In this document: positions 29,459 to 38,456 of the stretch, piece after piece
Position numbering within the stretch: the first letter of the stretch is position 1
How the letters are laid out: each line of letters starts with the position of its first letter
Assembly: GCA_038231455.1 (NCBI GenBank)
Contig: JBBRLI010000010.1
Coordinates: 32,001-96,000, forward strand
DNA: 64,000 bases
Direction: 5' to 3'
Origin: Vulcanimicrobiales bacterium
GTDB taxonomy: Bacteria > Vulcanimicrobiota > Vulcanimicrobiia > Vulcanimicrobiales > Vulcanimicrobiaceae
Position numbers and translations under genes: made by a program
The notes under the pieces: generated by a model
Databases searched by the model: none
Seen by the model: only the letters and a program-made list of their open reading frames with translations
What the model was told of the DNA's origin: nothing

Positions 29459-29776
29459 CTACGGAAGGTCGATCTTCGTGATCTTGACTTCGGCGAAGCG
29501 CTGGCGGTGGCCGATCAGCTTGCGGACGCGCTTCTTCGGCTTGTAGCGGAAGACGAGGATCTTCTTGTCTTTTGCCTGGCGGAGAACCGTGCCCGACACG
29601 ACGGCGCCGGCCACAACCGGGCTGCCAATGCTGAGCTTATCGCCTAAGCCGGAGGCAAGGACAATGCGGTCGAATTTCACTTCAGCGCCGACTTCGGTTT
29701 CGATGAGGTCGGTGCGAATGATATCGCCTTCCGACACGCGGTACTGTTTCCCGCCGGTCTCGATGATCGCGTACAT
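29459..29776 (-). CDS. rplU: 50S ribosomal protein L21
   Basis: MYAIIETGGKQYRV..GHRQ. Confidence 0.98.
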   Translation of the reverse strand: MYAIIETGGKQYRVSEGDIIRTDLIETEVGAEVKFDRIVLASGLGDKLSIGSPVVAGAVVSGTVLRQAKDKKILVFRYKPKKRVRKLIGHRQRFAEVKITKIDLP

Positions 29777-29845
29777 AACTTGGGGAGTTTATCACGGCGG
29801 CGCAAACCGCGTCAACGGCCTTCGGCGGGTTTTCCCGGCGGGAGG

Positions 29846-30682
29846 CTAGGCGGCGACAACCGCCGCGGCCGGGCCGTCGTCGAGCTTGAGCGTGAGGCAT
29901 TTGGACGAGCCGCCCGCCTTGTGGAACTCCCCAAGGTCCGTACAGAAGACCCGGTAGCCCGCGGCGTGGAGGCGTTCGCGGAGGGCGCTTGAGGCGGCAT
30001 GCATCACGATCGCGTCGCCGACTTCGACGGCATTGGCGGCAAAACTGAGGGCATCCTCGAGCGAGAGTTCGATCAGGTAGCCCGGGTCGATGCTCCGGCG
30101 TAAGAGTTGCTGGGCGTGCGGCGAGAAGGCATCCATATAGGCCATCACGTGGCCGCTCGCAAGCGGGCACAGCGCCGTGTCGAGATGGTAGAAGCGCTCG
30201 TCGACGAGCAAGAGCGGGACTACGCGGGCATCGAGATGCTCGGCGAGTTGAATCGTCGCGTTGCGCTCCGAGCGCCATCCGTAACCGGCGTAGATCTGGG
30301 GACGTGCGCGATCGAACAGCGCATCTCCGGCGCCTTCGAAAAACGTCTGCTGCAGGTACGTCGTTGCGAAACCGTTCTGTGCTAGCCACGCGCGGTACAC
30401 CGCTTGTTCGCCGCGGCGCTGTTCGTGACGGAAACTGCTGACGAATGCGAGCTTGCCGCTCACGAGCGCCGCATTTGCGGTGAAGACGAGATCGGGCAAA
30501 TGCGGGACGGGATCGAGCAAATCGATCTGCACGTCTGCGGCGACGGTTAGCGTTTCAACGAGCCGTTCCCATTGACGCTTTGCATCGGGCGCGGAATAAC
30601 CGACGTTCCGCGTCATCCACGGGTTGATATCGTAGCTCACGTTGAAGTGCCTCGGTTCGCACATCAGTATCCGCGTCTTCAT
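29846..30682 (-). CDS. Amidinotransferase / pentein-fold enzyme (arginine dihydrolase/citrullinase-like)
   Basis: ILMC.P.HF.V.Y.INPWM, PDLVFTAN, FEGAGD, FYHLDT, KAGGSSKC. Confidence 0.88.
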   Translation of the reverse strand: MKTRILMCEPRHFNVSYDINPWMTRNVGYSAPDAKRQWERLVETLTVAADVQIDLLDPVPHLPDLVFTANAALVSGKLAFVSSFRHEQRRGEQAVYRAWLAQNGFATTYLQQTFFEGAGDALFDRARPQIYAGYGWRSERNATIQLAEHLDARVVPLLLVDERFYHLDTALCPLASGHVMAYMDAFSPHAQQLLRRSIDPGYLIELSLEDALSFAANAVEVGDAIVMHAASSALRERLHAAGYRVFCTDLGEFHKAGGSSKCLTLKLDDGPAAAVVAA

Positions 30683-30871
30683 GATGAAAGTGTAGCTCGC
30701 TTGGAGTATGTCCACATTGTGCAAAGCGTAAAGGGTCCGCGTGCGGCGTTGGCTGTGCGGGTTCTCGCGCAAAATCGGGTGCATGGACAAATCGAGCGGC
30801 AAAGTCGTCATTCGTGCCCCATATGAAGCGCACAACCAGGACGAGCACGTACCATCGGCGGAGAGGCGAGG

Positions 30872-31375
30872 ATGATCAAACGATTCTTCGCCTTACTTCT
30901 CACGCTCGCCACATTTGGAACCTCCGTAGCGCTTGCGTCGACGCCGCTCCCGACCGGTTCTCCCAAGTCCATGCCGAAAGCCGTCGCTAAGCCCGCAAAG
31001 GCAACCAAGCCTGCGATGAAAACCGCGCCGGCGTTGCACACCACCGCTTCGGGTCTTCAATACGAAGATCTCAAAGTGGGAACGGGCCCATTGCCCAAAA
31101 CCGGGCAAACCGTTACCGTGCACTATACGGGTACGCTCGTTGATGGGAAGAAGTTCGATAGCTCGCGCGATCGTAACGAGCCGTTTAAGTTTCAGATCGG
31201 TTTAGCGCAAGTGATCCGCGGTTGGGACGAAGGCGTGGGATCGATGCGCAAAGGCGGTCGTCGTAAACTCATCATCCCCGCAAAACTCGGCTACGGTGAT
31301 ACCGGTGCGGGCAACGGATTGATCCCGCCCGGCGCGACGCTGATTTTTGATGTCGAATTGCTCGACATCAAGTAA
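30872..31375 (+). CDS. Secreted FKBP-type peptidyl-prolyl isomerase
   Basis: Signal peptide; [36 protein letters not shown]. Confidence 0.96.
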   Translation: MIKRFFALLLTLATFGTSVALASTPLPTGSPKSMPKAVAKPAKATKPAMKTAPALHTTASGLQYEDLKVGTGPLPKTGQTVTVHYTGTLVDGKKFDSSRDRNEPFKFQIGLAQVIRGWDEGVGSMRKGGRRKLIIPAKLGYGDTGAGNGLIPPGATLIFDVELLDIK

Positions 31376-31690
31376 TTACAGCTGGATGTGAATCTGGTCG
31401 CCCTCGATCCTCACCTCGTACGTGGGGATCGGGAGGATCGCCGGTAATGTGAGCGCTTTGCCCGTCGTCACGTCGAAATATGCGCCGTGACGCGGGCACA
31501 TGATACGGCAGTCCTCGAGCTCGCCTTGATCGAGTTCTCCGCCGTCGTGCGAGCAGACATCTTCGATCGCGTGGATCGTGCCGGCGACGTTGCATAGCAG
31601 CACGTCGGTCGCGCCGATCGTGATTTTCTTCGTCGTGCCCGGTGCGATGTCGCTGAGCTTCGCGACGGCATTCGTTTGGTTTGTCATCAC
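31376..31690 (-). CDS. Rieske [2Fe-2S] ferredoxin
   Basis: CSH...CPRHGA.FD. Confidence 0.92.
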   Translation of the reverse strand: MMTNQTNAVAKLSDIAPGTTKKITIGATDVLLCNVAGTIHAIEDVCSHDGGELDQGELEDCRIMCPRHGAYFDVTTGKALTLPAILPIPTYEVRIEGDQIHIQL

Positions 31691-31702
31691 GCGCGAGGTT
31701 CG

Positions 31703-32218
31703 CTACGCGTTCGGACAGATGCTCTTTCCAAGCGTCGTCGGGATCGCAAGGACGGTGAAGGCGAAGCCGGGTCCGAGGGTGATGTTCTTGCCGAAGCGCA
31801 CCAAATTGACGCCGCTCATCACGATTCCCGAGACCGGATTGACGCGCGTCGCACCCTTTTCGATGAGCGAATCGCGCGGCGACCAGCTCGCGGGGAGATG
31901 CGGGTCCATCGTGACGGGGATTTCGCGTTTGCCAAGCATCAGGTAACGCGGTTCCAGAGCAAGCGAGCCGTCGTGATCGCGACGTCCGGCGCGGTCGACA
32001 TTCCTCACGATGCCATAGCCGATCGTCCCAGCGGGGAGCGCCGTCGTCCCCGCGCTCGAGGTGACCGACGTCTTGAAACGATAGACTTGGCCGGGTTTCG
32101 CCGTCGCTGACTCAACCGTATCGACCATGACCGCGGAGATCGTGCCGGGACAATCGACGGCGAGCGCGGGCGAGGCCGCAAGCAGCAACAGAAAAGCGAT
32201 GACGATCGAGCGACCCAT
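31703..32218 (-). CDS. Secreted hypothetical protein
   Basis: Signal peptide (ALA); beta-rich; family not recognised. Confidence 0.65.
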   Translation of the reverse strand: MGRSIVIAFLLLLAASPALAVDCPGTISAVMVDTVESATAKPGQVYRFKTSVTSSAGTTALPAGTIGYGIVRNVDRAGRRDHDGSLALEPRYLMLGKREIPVTMDPHLPASWSPRDSLIEKGATRVNPVSGIVMSGVNLVRFGKNITLGPGFAFTVLAIPTTLGKSICPNA

Positions 32219-32307
32219 CCGTCGCGAGTACCGGAAACGGCCGCGCGATCCCCGCCGACCCGACCAAAGCCGTTCAAATGTGAAAATCGCGGTACTATGC
32301 TTTCCAT

Positions 32308-33630
32308 ATGGAACATGTCATCGCCGCGCGAGCCCAAATGGGGACGTCGCTTGCGTTCCACATCGTCTTTGCTGCGCTGGGTGTCGGGTTGCCGCTCTTG
32401 GTGTTTGCCGCCGAAGGCATGTGGCTTCGCACGAAGGACCGCGCGTACTACGATCTCGCGCGCTCGTGGGCCAAAGGTATGGCGATTCTCTTTGCCGTTG
32501 GCGCGGTGTCGGGCACCGTTCTCTCGTTCGAGCTCGGGCTGCTCTGGCCGCGTTTTATGGGCTACGCGGGCGGCATCATCGGTCTACCGTTTTCGCTCGA
32601 AGGCTTCGCGTTTTTTATCGAGGCGATCTTTATCGGGCTCTATCTCTTTGGCTGGGATCGTCTCTCGCCACGCGCCCACTGGTTAACGGCACTGCCGATC
32701 GCAATTAGCGGACCGATCTCTGCGATGTTCATTACCATGGCAAATGCGTGGATGCAGATGCCGACCGGTTTTACGCTGGTCAACGGGAAGGTGACCGACG
32801 TCCATCCGATTGTCGCGATGTTCGCGAAGCCCTGGGCGACGGAGGTCGCGCACGGGACGCTCGCGGCGTTTGTGTTCACCGCTTTTGGCACCGCGGCGGT
32901 ATGTGCGTTTGCACTCTTACGCGGCGACCGCCGCCCGCAAGTCGTTGCCGGTTTGCGGATTGCGATGGTAATGGCCGCAGTCGCTCTGCCCGCGCAAGTT
33001 GTCTTAGGCGATGTTGCGGCACGATTCGTTGCAGAAAATCAACCCGCAAAATTTGCGGCGATGGAAGCGCTCTATCATACTCAGCGCGGCGCGCCGATTA
33101 CGATTGGCGGGATTCCGGTCGGCGGCGACCGCGTTGTGGGCGGCATCGAGATTCCCAAACTCTTGAGCTTTCTTGCGAACTTCAATTTTAATAGCGAAAT
33201 CGCCGGACTCGACCGCGTTCCGCGCGGGGACCGTCCGCCGGTGCTCGGGACACATCTCTCGTTCGATGCGATGGTCGGTTCGGCGTCGGCGCTGCTCCTC
33301 ATCACGCTTGGATGGCTCTGGTTCGTGTTGCGTAAGCGTGCACTGCCGCGTTTGATGAACGTCGCGATCGTGCTTTCCGCGCCGCTCGTCCTCGTCGCGC
33401 TCGAGGCGGGATGGTTCGTAACGGAATTCGGTCGCCAACCTTGGATCGCGCGTGGACTCTTACGCACGAGTGACGGCGTAACGATCGCGCCCGGTGTCGA
33501 CATCGCCTTTTACGGATTCTCGATCGTGTACGTCGTGCTCGCGGCAGCGTGCTGGTGGTTGATGCGTCGCGTGGATCGCGTGCCGGCGGTGACCGGGACC
33601 CACGATCGCGTAGCGGGCCTCGCGCGATGA
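32308..33630 (+). CDS. cydA: Cytochrome bd ubiquinol oxidase subunit I
   Basis: FHIVF, GAVSG, EGFAFFIEA, QPAKFAAME, GWFVTEFGRQPW. Confidence 0.97.
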   Translation: MEHVIAARAQMGTSLAFHIVFAALGVGLPLLVFAAEGMWLRTKDRAYYDLARSWAKGMAILFAVGAVSGTVLSFELGLLWPRFMGYAGGIIGLPFSLEGFAFFIEAIFIGLYLFGWDRLSPRAHWLTALPIAISGPISAMFITMANAWMQMPTGFTLVNGKVTDVHPIVAMFAKPWATEVAHGTLAAFVFTAFGTAAVCAFALLRGDRRPQVVAGLRIAMVMAAVALPAQVVLGDVAARFVAENQPAKFAAMEALYHTQRGAPITIGGIPVGGDRVVGGIEIPKLLSFLANFNFNSEIAGLDRVPRGDRPPVLGTHLSFDAMVGSASALLLITLGWLWFVLRKRALPRLMNVAIVLSAPLVLVALEAGWFVTEFGRQPWIARGLLRTSDGVTIAPGVDIAFYGFSIVYVVLAAACWWLMRRVDRVPAVTGTHDRVAGLAR

Positions 33631-34604
33631 CACTCGCGATCGGCGCGGCGCTTGTCGGATTGTTTGCCATCACGCTCTATGCCGTGTTCGGCGGCGCGGA
33701 TTTCGGCGGCGGCGTGTGGGATCTCTTGGCGACAGGCCCGCGGAAGCAAGAACAGCGCGATGCGATCACGCATGCGATCGGTCCGGTATGGGAAGCCAAT
33801 CACGTCTGGGTTATTTTTGCGATCGTCGTGCTCTTCACGTGTTTCCCGCCGGCGTTTTCGGATATCGCGACGGGACTCAATGCGCCGCTCACCTTCGCGC
33901 TCGTCGGAATCGTGATGCGCGGCGCGGCATTCGTGTTTCGCAATCACACCGATGAAGCGCCGCACTTCGCCCACTTCTGGACGGTCGTTTTTGGAATCGC
34001 TTCGCTCCTCGCGCCGTTTTGGCTCGGCGATGCCGTCGGCGCGCTCGCAACGGGCGACTACGCGTGGACCTCGCCGTTCGCGCTCTCGGTCGGCGTCTTC
34101 GCACTGGTCGTCTGCGCGCAAATCGCGGCGGTGTTCTTAGCAAAAGAAGTGAGCGACGAAGACGAACTGCGGCGCGATTTCCGGCGTCGTGCCGTGCGCG
34201 CGACCTTCGCCGTGTGGATCATCGGTGCCGTCCCCGGCCTGATCGCGCAGCGCAGCGAGCCGCGCCTCTTTGCCGCGCTCTTCACGCCGACGGCGTTCAT
34301 CGCGATCGGCGTCGCGATGGCGCTCGGACTTGGCGTCGCGTATGCGCTGCATATCCATCGCAACGGCTGGGCACGCGTCCTCGTCGGACTGGAAGCGTTG
34401 GCGATCCTCGTCGGCTGGTTCGGCGCGCAAGCACCGGCGCTCGTCCCCGGACGCTACACGCTTGCGAACGCCGCATCGAGCGATGCAATGCTGCAAGCGT
34501 TCCTCATCGCGAGCGGGATCGGTGCGGTGTTTTTGATTCCGTCGCTGATCCTTCTGTTTACCGTTTTTAAGGGACCGAATTCAAAACCGGTGTCTTCACA
34601 TTAG
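33627..34604 (+). CDS. cydB: Cytochrome bd ubiquinol oxidase subunit II
   Basis: GGADFGGG, IGPVWEANHVW; ATGA overlap with cydA. Confidence 0.95.
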   Translation: MTLAIGAALVGLFAITLYAVFGGADFGGGVWDLLATGPRKQEQRDAITHAIGPVWEANHVWVIFAIVVLFTCFPPAFSDIATGLNAPLTFALVGIVMRGAAFVFRNHTDEAPHFAHFWTVVFGIASLLAPFWLGDAVGALATGDYAWTSPFALSVGVFALVVCAQIAAVFLAKEVSDEDELRRDFRRRAVRATFAVWIIGAVPGLIAQRSEPRLFAALFTPTAFIAIGVAMALGLGVAYALHIHRNGWARVLVGLEALAILVGWFGAQAPALVPGRYTLANAASSDAMLQAFLIASGIGAVFLIPSLILLFTVFKGPNSKPVSSH

Positions 34605-34719
34605 TGCTTGTATCATTACCTGAAAATCCAGCGGACCGCTTCGCCGACGGATATATAAGCTTTGCGGCCAGTGTATTTCTGACGCGTATCGAATTGGAGC
34701 CACGGCGGAAGGACGAATA

Positions 34720-34920
34720 TTGATGTTGACATCGTTTCGACTCGTATTACCTGGTTTGGCGTTCGCAGTTATTGCGTGGTTGCTCTTTAGCCGCGGATTT
34801 TATCTTGCGGGGAGCGCCCTCTTGCTGTGTTACCTAACGGCGATAACGTTCATTATCGTCTCCGTGTTCAAAGCTGAACGACGACTCCGCGCTCGAAATC
34901 TCAAGGAACCGCTCTCGTAG
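34720..34920 (+). CDS. Small membrane protein
   Basis: Two hydrophobic helices; purine-rich SD-like sequence upstream; ends just before a terminator. Confidence 0.5.
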   Translation: MMLTSFRLVLPGLAFAVIAWLLFSRGFYLAGSALLLCYLTAITFIIVSVFKAERRLRARNLKEPLS

Positions 34921-34940
34921 AGAGGTCGCGCGAGAAATAT

Positions 34941-34972
34941 AAAAAGGCCGATCCGAAGATCGGCCTTTTTTG
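34941..34972. terminator. Bidirectional intrinsic terminator
   Basis: AAAAAGGCCGATC-cgaa-GATCGGCCTTTTT between convergent genes. Confidence 0.88.
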
Positions 34973-34992
34973 TTTTACGCCTGAAGTCCGGT

Positions 34993-36414
34993 CTAGCCGA
35001 CCGAGCCTTCCATTTCCATTTTGATCAAGCGGTTGAGTTCGACGGCGTATTCCATCGGCAGCTCCTTGACGAAGAAGTCGAAGAAGCCGTTGACGATCAT
35101 CGCAGTTGCGTCCGCTTCGCTCAAGCCGCGGCTCATCGCGTAGAAGAGTTGCTCTTCGCCGATTTTCGAGACGCTCGCTTCGTGTTCGACCGTCGAACGC
35201 TGTTCGTTGACCTTCATCGTCGGCTTCGTATCGCTGGCCGAGATGTCGTCCATGATGAGGGCGTCGCACTTCACGCGCGTCTTCGCGCCAACGGCGCCGG
35301 GGAAAATTTCAACCAGTCCGCGGTATGTCGTTTTGCCGCCGTGCGCGGAGACGGATTTATTCGTCACAACCGACGTTGTATTCGGGGCTGCGTGGATGAT
35401 TTTTGCGCCCGCGTCCTGATGCTGGCCTTCGCCGGCAAACGCTGCGGAGAGAATCTCGCCGCGCGCGCCTTCGCCCATCAAGTAGATCGCGGGATACTTC
35501 ATCGTCAGACGCGAGCCGATGTTGCCGTCGACCCATTCAACAGTCGCGTTCTTATACGCAACGGCGCGTTTGGTGACGAGGTTGAAGATGTTCCGATACC
35601 AGTTTTGGATCGTCGTGTAGCGGATCGACGCGCCTTCCATGGCGATCAGCTCGACCACGGCTGAGTGCAGCGAGGCGGTCGAGAACTTCGGCGCCGTGCA
35701 ACCCTCGATGTAGTGAACTTTCGAGCCTTTGTCCGCAATGATCAGCGTGCGCTCGAACTGGCCCATGTTTTCTGTGTTGATACGGAAGTAGGCTTGCAGC
35801 GGCGTCTTCACTTCAACGCCCGGCGGCACGTAGACGAACGAGCCGCCCGACCACACCGAGGAGTTGAGCGCGGCGAACTTGTTGTCGCCCGGCGGAATCA
35901 CCGTTGCGAAATATTTTTTGAGGATCTCCGGATATTGCTTGAGCGCGGTATCCATATCGCAGAAGAGCACGCCCTCTTTCTCGAGGTCCTCGCGGACCGA
36001 GTGATAGACGACTTCTGATTCATACTGCGCGGAGACGCCGGAGAGAAACTTGCGCTCGGCTTCCGGAATGCCGAGGCGGTCGAACGTCTTCTTGATGTCA
36101 TCGGGAACGTCGTCCCATGACTTTTCCGTGCCGTCGGTCGACTTCACAAAGTAGTGGATATTATCGAAGTCGATCTCGGAGAGCAGCGCGGTGTCGGCCC
36201 ACGGCGGCATCGCCTTGGAGCGAAACGTCTCGAGGGCTTTGAGGCGGAACTCGAGCATCCACGCGGGCTCGTTTTTCATCGAACTGATGCGCTCGACGAT
36301 CTCGCGGTTGAGCCCCTTATCCGATTTGAAGACGTACTTCTCTTCAGAATCGTGGAAACCGTGGCGGTAATCCTCGACCAGATCCTGGGGCGTCGTCTTC
36401 ACTTCGATTGCCAT
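34993..36414 (-). CDS. sufB: Fe-S cluster assembly protein SufB
   Basis: [48 protein letters not shown]. Confidence 0.97.
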   Translation of the reverse strand: MAIEVKTTPQDLVEDYRHGFHDSEEKYVFKSDKGLNREIVERISSMKNEPAWMLEFRLKALETFRSKAMPPWADTALLSEIDFDNIHYFVKSTDGTEKSWDDVPDDIKKTFDRLGIPEAERKFLSGVSAQYESEVVYHSVREDLEKEGVLFCDMDTALKQYPEILKKYFATVIPPGDNKFAALNSSVWSGGSFVYVPPGVEVKTPLQAYFRINTENMGQFERTLIIADKGSKVHYIEGCTAPKFSTASLHSAVVELIAMEGASIRYTTIQNWYRNIFNLVTKRAVAYKNATVEWVDGNIGSRLTMKYPAIYLMGEGARGEILSAAFAGEGQHQDAGAKIIHAAPNTTSVVTNKSVSAHGGKTTYRGLVEIFPGAVGAKTRVKCDALIMDDISASDTKPTMKVNEQRSTVEHEASVSKIGEEQLFYAMSRGLSEADATAMIVNGFFDFFVKELPMEYAVELNRLIKMEMEGSVG

Positions 36415-36470
36415 ATTGGGTGTGCTGACCTCAACGAAAAGTGCGGCGAACGGAGTCCGCCTCAACCTGT

Positions 36471-36499
36471 AGACTACCCCGCTGGCGGACCAACGTCAA
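36471..36499 (-). promoter_or_regulatory. Putative sufB promoter
   Basis: Minus strand TTGACG-N17-TAGTCT. Confidence 0.6.
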
Positions 36500-36623
36500 G
36501 ATAGTGCAGGGGTATCTGTATTATCTAACCCATGCAAGAGCGGATTCGTGGCAAGGGTCGATCTGTTTGACAACTACTTGAAGCGAATCGTGCTCGGCTC
36601 GATGGACCCAATAACCGCTCGAC

Positions 36624-36652
36624 TTGAAGTATCCTCTCCGGCATAGTAAAAT
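36624..36652 (+). promoter_or_regulatory. Putative promoter of the wHTH-nucleotidyltransferase pair
   Basis: TTGAAG-N17-TAAAAT, followed by SD GAGGAG. Confidence 0.55.
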
Positions 36653-36674
36653 ATACCGTGAGGAGTACTCAAGT

Positions 36675-37043
36675 ATGCCGACTGATACACATTCATACAC
36701 CGACTACGAGTGGGATTTGCCAGCCCCGGTACTGTTCGGATCGAAGATGCGAACAGCTCTCCTCATGCTTGTCGCAGTGCTCGAAGAGACCTATCCCGCG
36801 GAACTCGCCCGGTATCTCTCCTCAACCATCTCGTCCGTCCAGCGGACGCTCGATAAAATCGAAGAGGACGGATTAATCGCTTCGCGCCCGCTCGTCGTGC
36901 GGGCGGTAACGCTCAATCCGCTGTACCCGGCAGCAAAGGAGCTGCGGGCGCTCTTGCTGCGCCTCGCTGAGGGGTACCCGCAGTATCGCGAGCTACGCGA
37001 GTCTCGCCGTTTGCGGCCCCGTCGGCGCGGAAAGCCGCTGTGA
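36675..37043 (+). CDS. Winged-helix DNA-binding protein (putative antitoxin/regulator)
   Basis: LFGSKMR..LL, YPAELARYL..ISSVQRTLDKIEEDGLI, LNP.YP..KEL. Confidence 0.75.
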   Translation: MPTDTHSYTDYEWDLPAPVLFGSKMRTALLMLVAVLEETYPAELARYLSSTISSVQRTLDKIEEDGLIASRPLVVRAVTLNPLYPAAKELRALLLRLAEGYPQYRELRESRRLRPRRRGKPL

Positions 37044-37618
37044 TCGGACCAGACTCGACGCTCGCGGACGTCTGCTTCGCGGTTGCAGAATCACTCCGAG
37101 CGGCCGGGCTAACCGCGGTTCTCACCGGCGGAAGTGCGGCGACACTCTACGCTCCCGCGTCCTACCAATCGTTCGATGCCGATTTTGTGCTGGACGTCGA
37201 AGCGCCGCTGCGGGTGGTCGCGGCTGCGCTCGAGCCCCTCGGCTTCCATCGATCCGGCCGCATCTTCGCTCACCGGAAATCGCATTACACCGTCGATTTT
37301 CCGCGCGGGCCGCTTGCCGTCGGCGGCGATTACGTGCGTGAGACCGTGGAAATCGAATCGGGCGGCCGGCGTTTGCGCATCTTGAGCCGCACCGATTGCG
37401 TACGCGATCGATTGGCGCATTATTACCACTGGGAAGATTTCACGGCGCTCAACGCCGCGGTTGCTGTCGCAGCCAGTGATCCGGCGACCGTCGATCGCCG
37501 ATCGCTCATCGATTGGACCGAGCGCGAGTCGCCGGCCTTTCTCGAAAAGTTCGCCGAGTTCGAGCGGCGGCTCGCGGCATGCGGCGCGGCTCTGTCGCAC
37601 GGAAACGGCTTTCCTTAA
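37040..37618 (+). CDS. Pol-beta-like nucleotidyltransferase (putative toxin)
   Basis: VLTGGSAA.LY....SFDADFV (GG..DxD) motif; GTGA overlap with the wHTH gene. Confidence 0.7.
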   Translation: MIGPDSTLADVCFAVAESLRAAGLTAVLTGGSAATLYAPASYQSFDADFVLDVEAPLRVVAAALEPLGFHRSGRIFAHRKSHYTVDFPRGPLAVGGDYVRETVEIESGGRRLRILSRTDCVRDRLAHYYHWEDFTALNAAVAVAASDPATVDRRSLIDWTERESPAFLEKFAEFERRLAACGAALSHGNGFP

Positions 37619-37656
37619 CCTAAGCCTACATTAAGGTCATTATGAAGGAAGAGTAC

Positions 37657-37685
37657 TTTACAGGGGGGGGTGCAGGGGGTATCAT
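37657..37685 (+). promoter_or_regulatory. Putative speD promoter with poly-G spacer
   Basis: TTTACA-N17(GGGGGGGGTGCAGGGGG)-TATCAT. Confidence 0.65.
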
Positions 37686-37689
37686 GTTC

Positions 37690-37914
37690 GTCGGACTCGA
37701 CTTCACCCCGAGCTTAGAACTCGGGGTCTGTATGTCGGGGACGGGTAGAGGGACGGCGCGCCCAACGCGCCTGTGCGACGAGTCGTTCGGATGTATCGAA
37801 GGACATCCCAGCAAGCACTTGTCGATAGGTCACGGACGAGACGATGTACCGCATGCGTTCGCTGACGAGCCTGGAGGTGGGATTCCCCCGCGTAGCCCTA
37901 AGGAGGCCCTAAAA
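37690..37914 (+). ncRNA. Candidate structured cis-regulatory leader of speD
   Basis: Several stems (37705-12/37720-27; 37741-45/37770-74; 37776-83/37817-24; 37789-94/37803-08) and a SAM-I-like AGAGGGAC..GCCC segment. Confidence 0.45.
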
Positions 37915-38334
37915 ATGAAAGCACTCGGTACCCATATTGTCTGCGAGCTCTCGGGATGCGACCCGGCAGCGTTGACCGATATCGAAGCGGTCCGCACCAT
38001 GATGATTTCCGCAGCCCGGGAAGCCAACGCGACGGTCATCGAGACCGCCTTTCACCGCTTCCAACCCCAAGGCGTCTCCGGCGTCGTGGTGATCCAAGAA
38101 TCGCACCTCTCGATCCATACGTGGCCCGAGACCGGTTACGCAGCGATGGATTTCTACACGTGCGGCGACCACACCGATCCCTGGGCAGCGTGCGAATACG
38201 CCGCCAAGATCCTCGGCGCCGAATCGATCCTCACAACTGAGGTGAAGCGCGGCATCGAAGCCTCGGCCGGCCGGTTCACGCACGTCGTGACCGCCGACCA
38301 CGAAGAGCAGACATTCGCGAAAATGACCGCTTAG
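37915..38334 (+). CDS. speD: S-adenosylmethionine decarboxylase proenzyme
   Basis: SD AGGAGG; FHRFQPQGVSGVVVIQESHLSIHTWPE (E-S cleavage site), DFYTCG. Confidence 0.95.
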   Translation: MKALGTHIVCELSGCDPAALTDIEAVRTMMISAAREANATVIETAFHRFQPQGVSGVVVIQESHLSIHTWPETGYAAMDFYTCGDHTDPWAACEYAAKILGAESILTTEVKRGIEASAGRFTHVVTADHEEQTFAKMTA

Positions 38335-38361
38335 GCGATTCTTCGCCGCCTGGAGAGGTAC

Positions 38362-38395
38362 GCAAACGGCCGACGCTTAGGCGTCGGCCGTTTGC
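38362..38395. terminator. Stable hairpin between speD and speE (terminator or mRNA stabiliser)
   Basis: GCAAACGGCCGACGC-ttag-GCGTCGGCCGTTTGC. Confidence 0.65.
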
Positions 38396-38456
38396 ATGTC
38401 CGCGCGTTAACCTTGCAAAGGTCCCCGCGACCGCACGCCCAACCCTCGCAAGCGCT

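Noticed and set aside
37642-37914. 91-aa N-terminal extension of SpeD
   Set aside because: It starts upstream of the predicted promoter; a strong SD precedes ATG 37915, which matches the family N-terminus.
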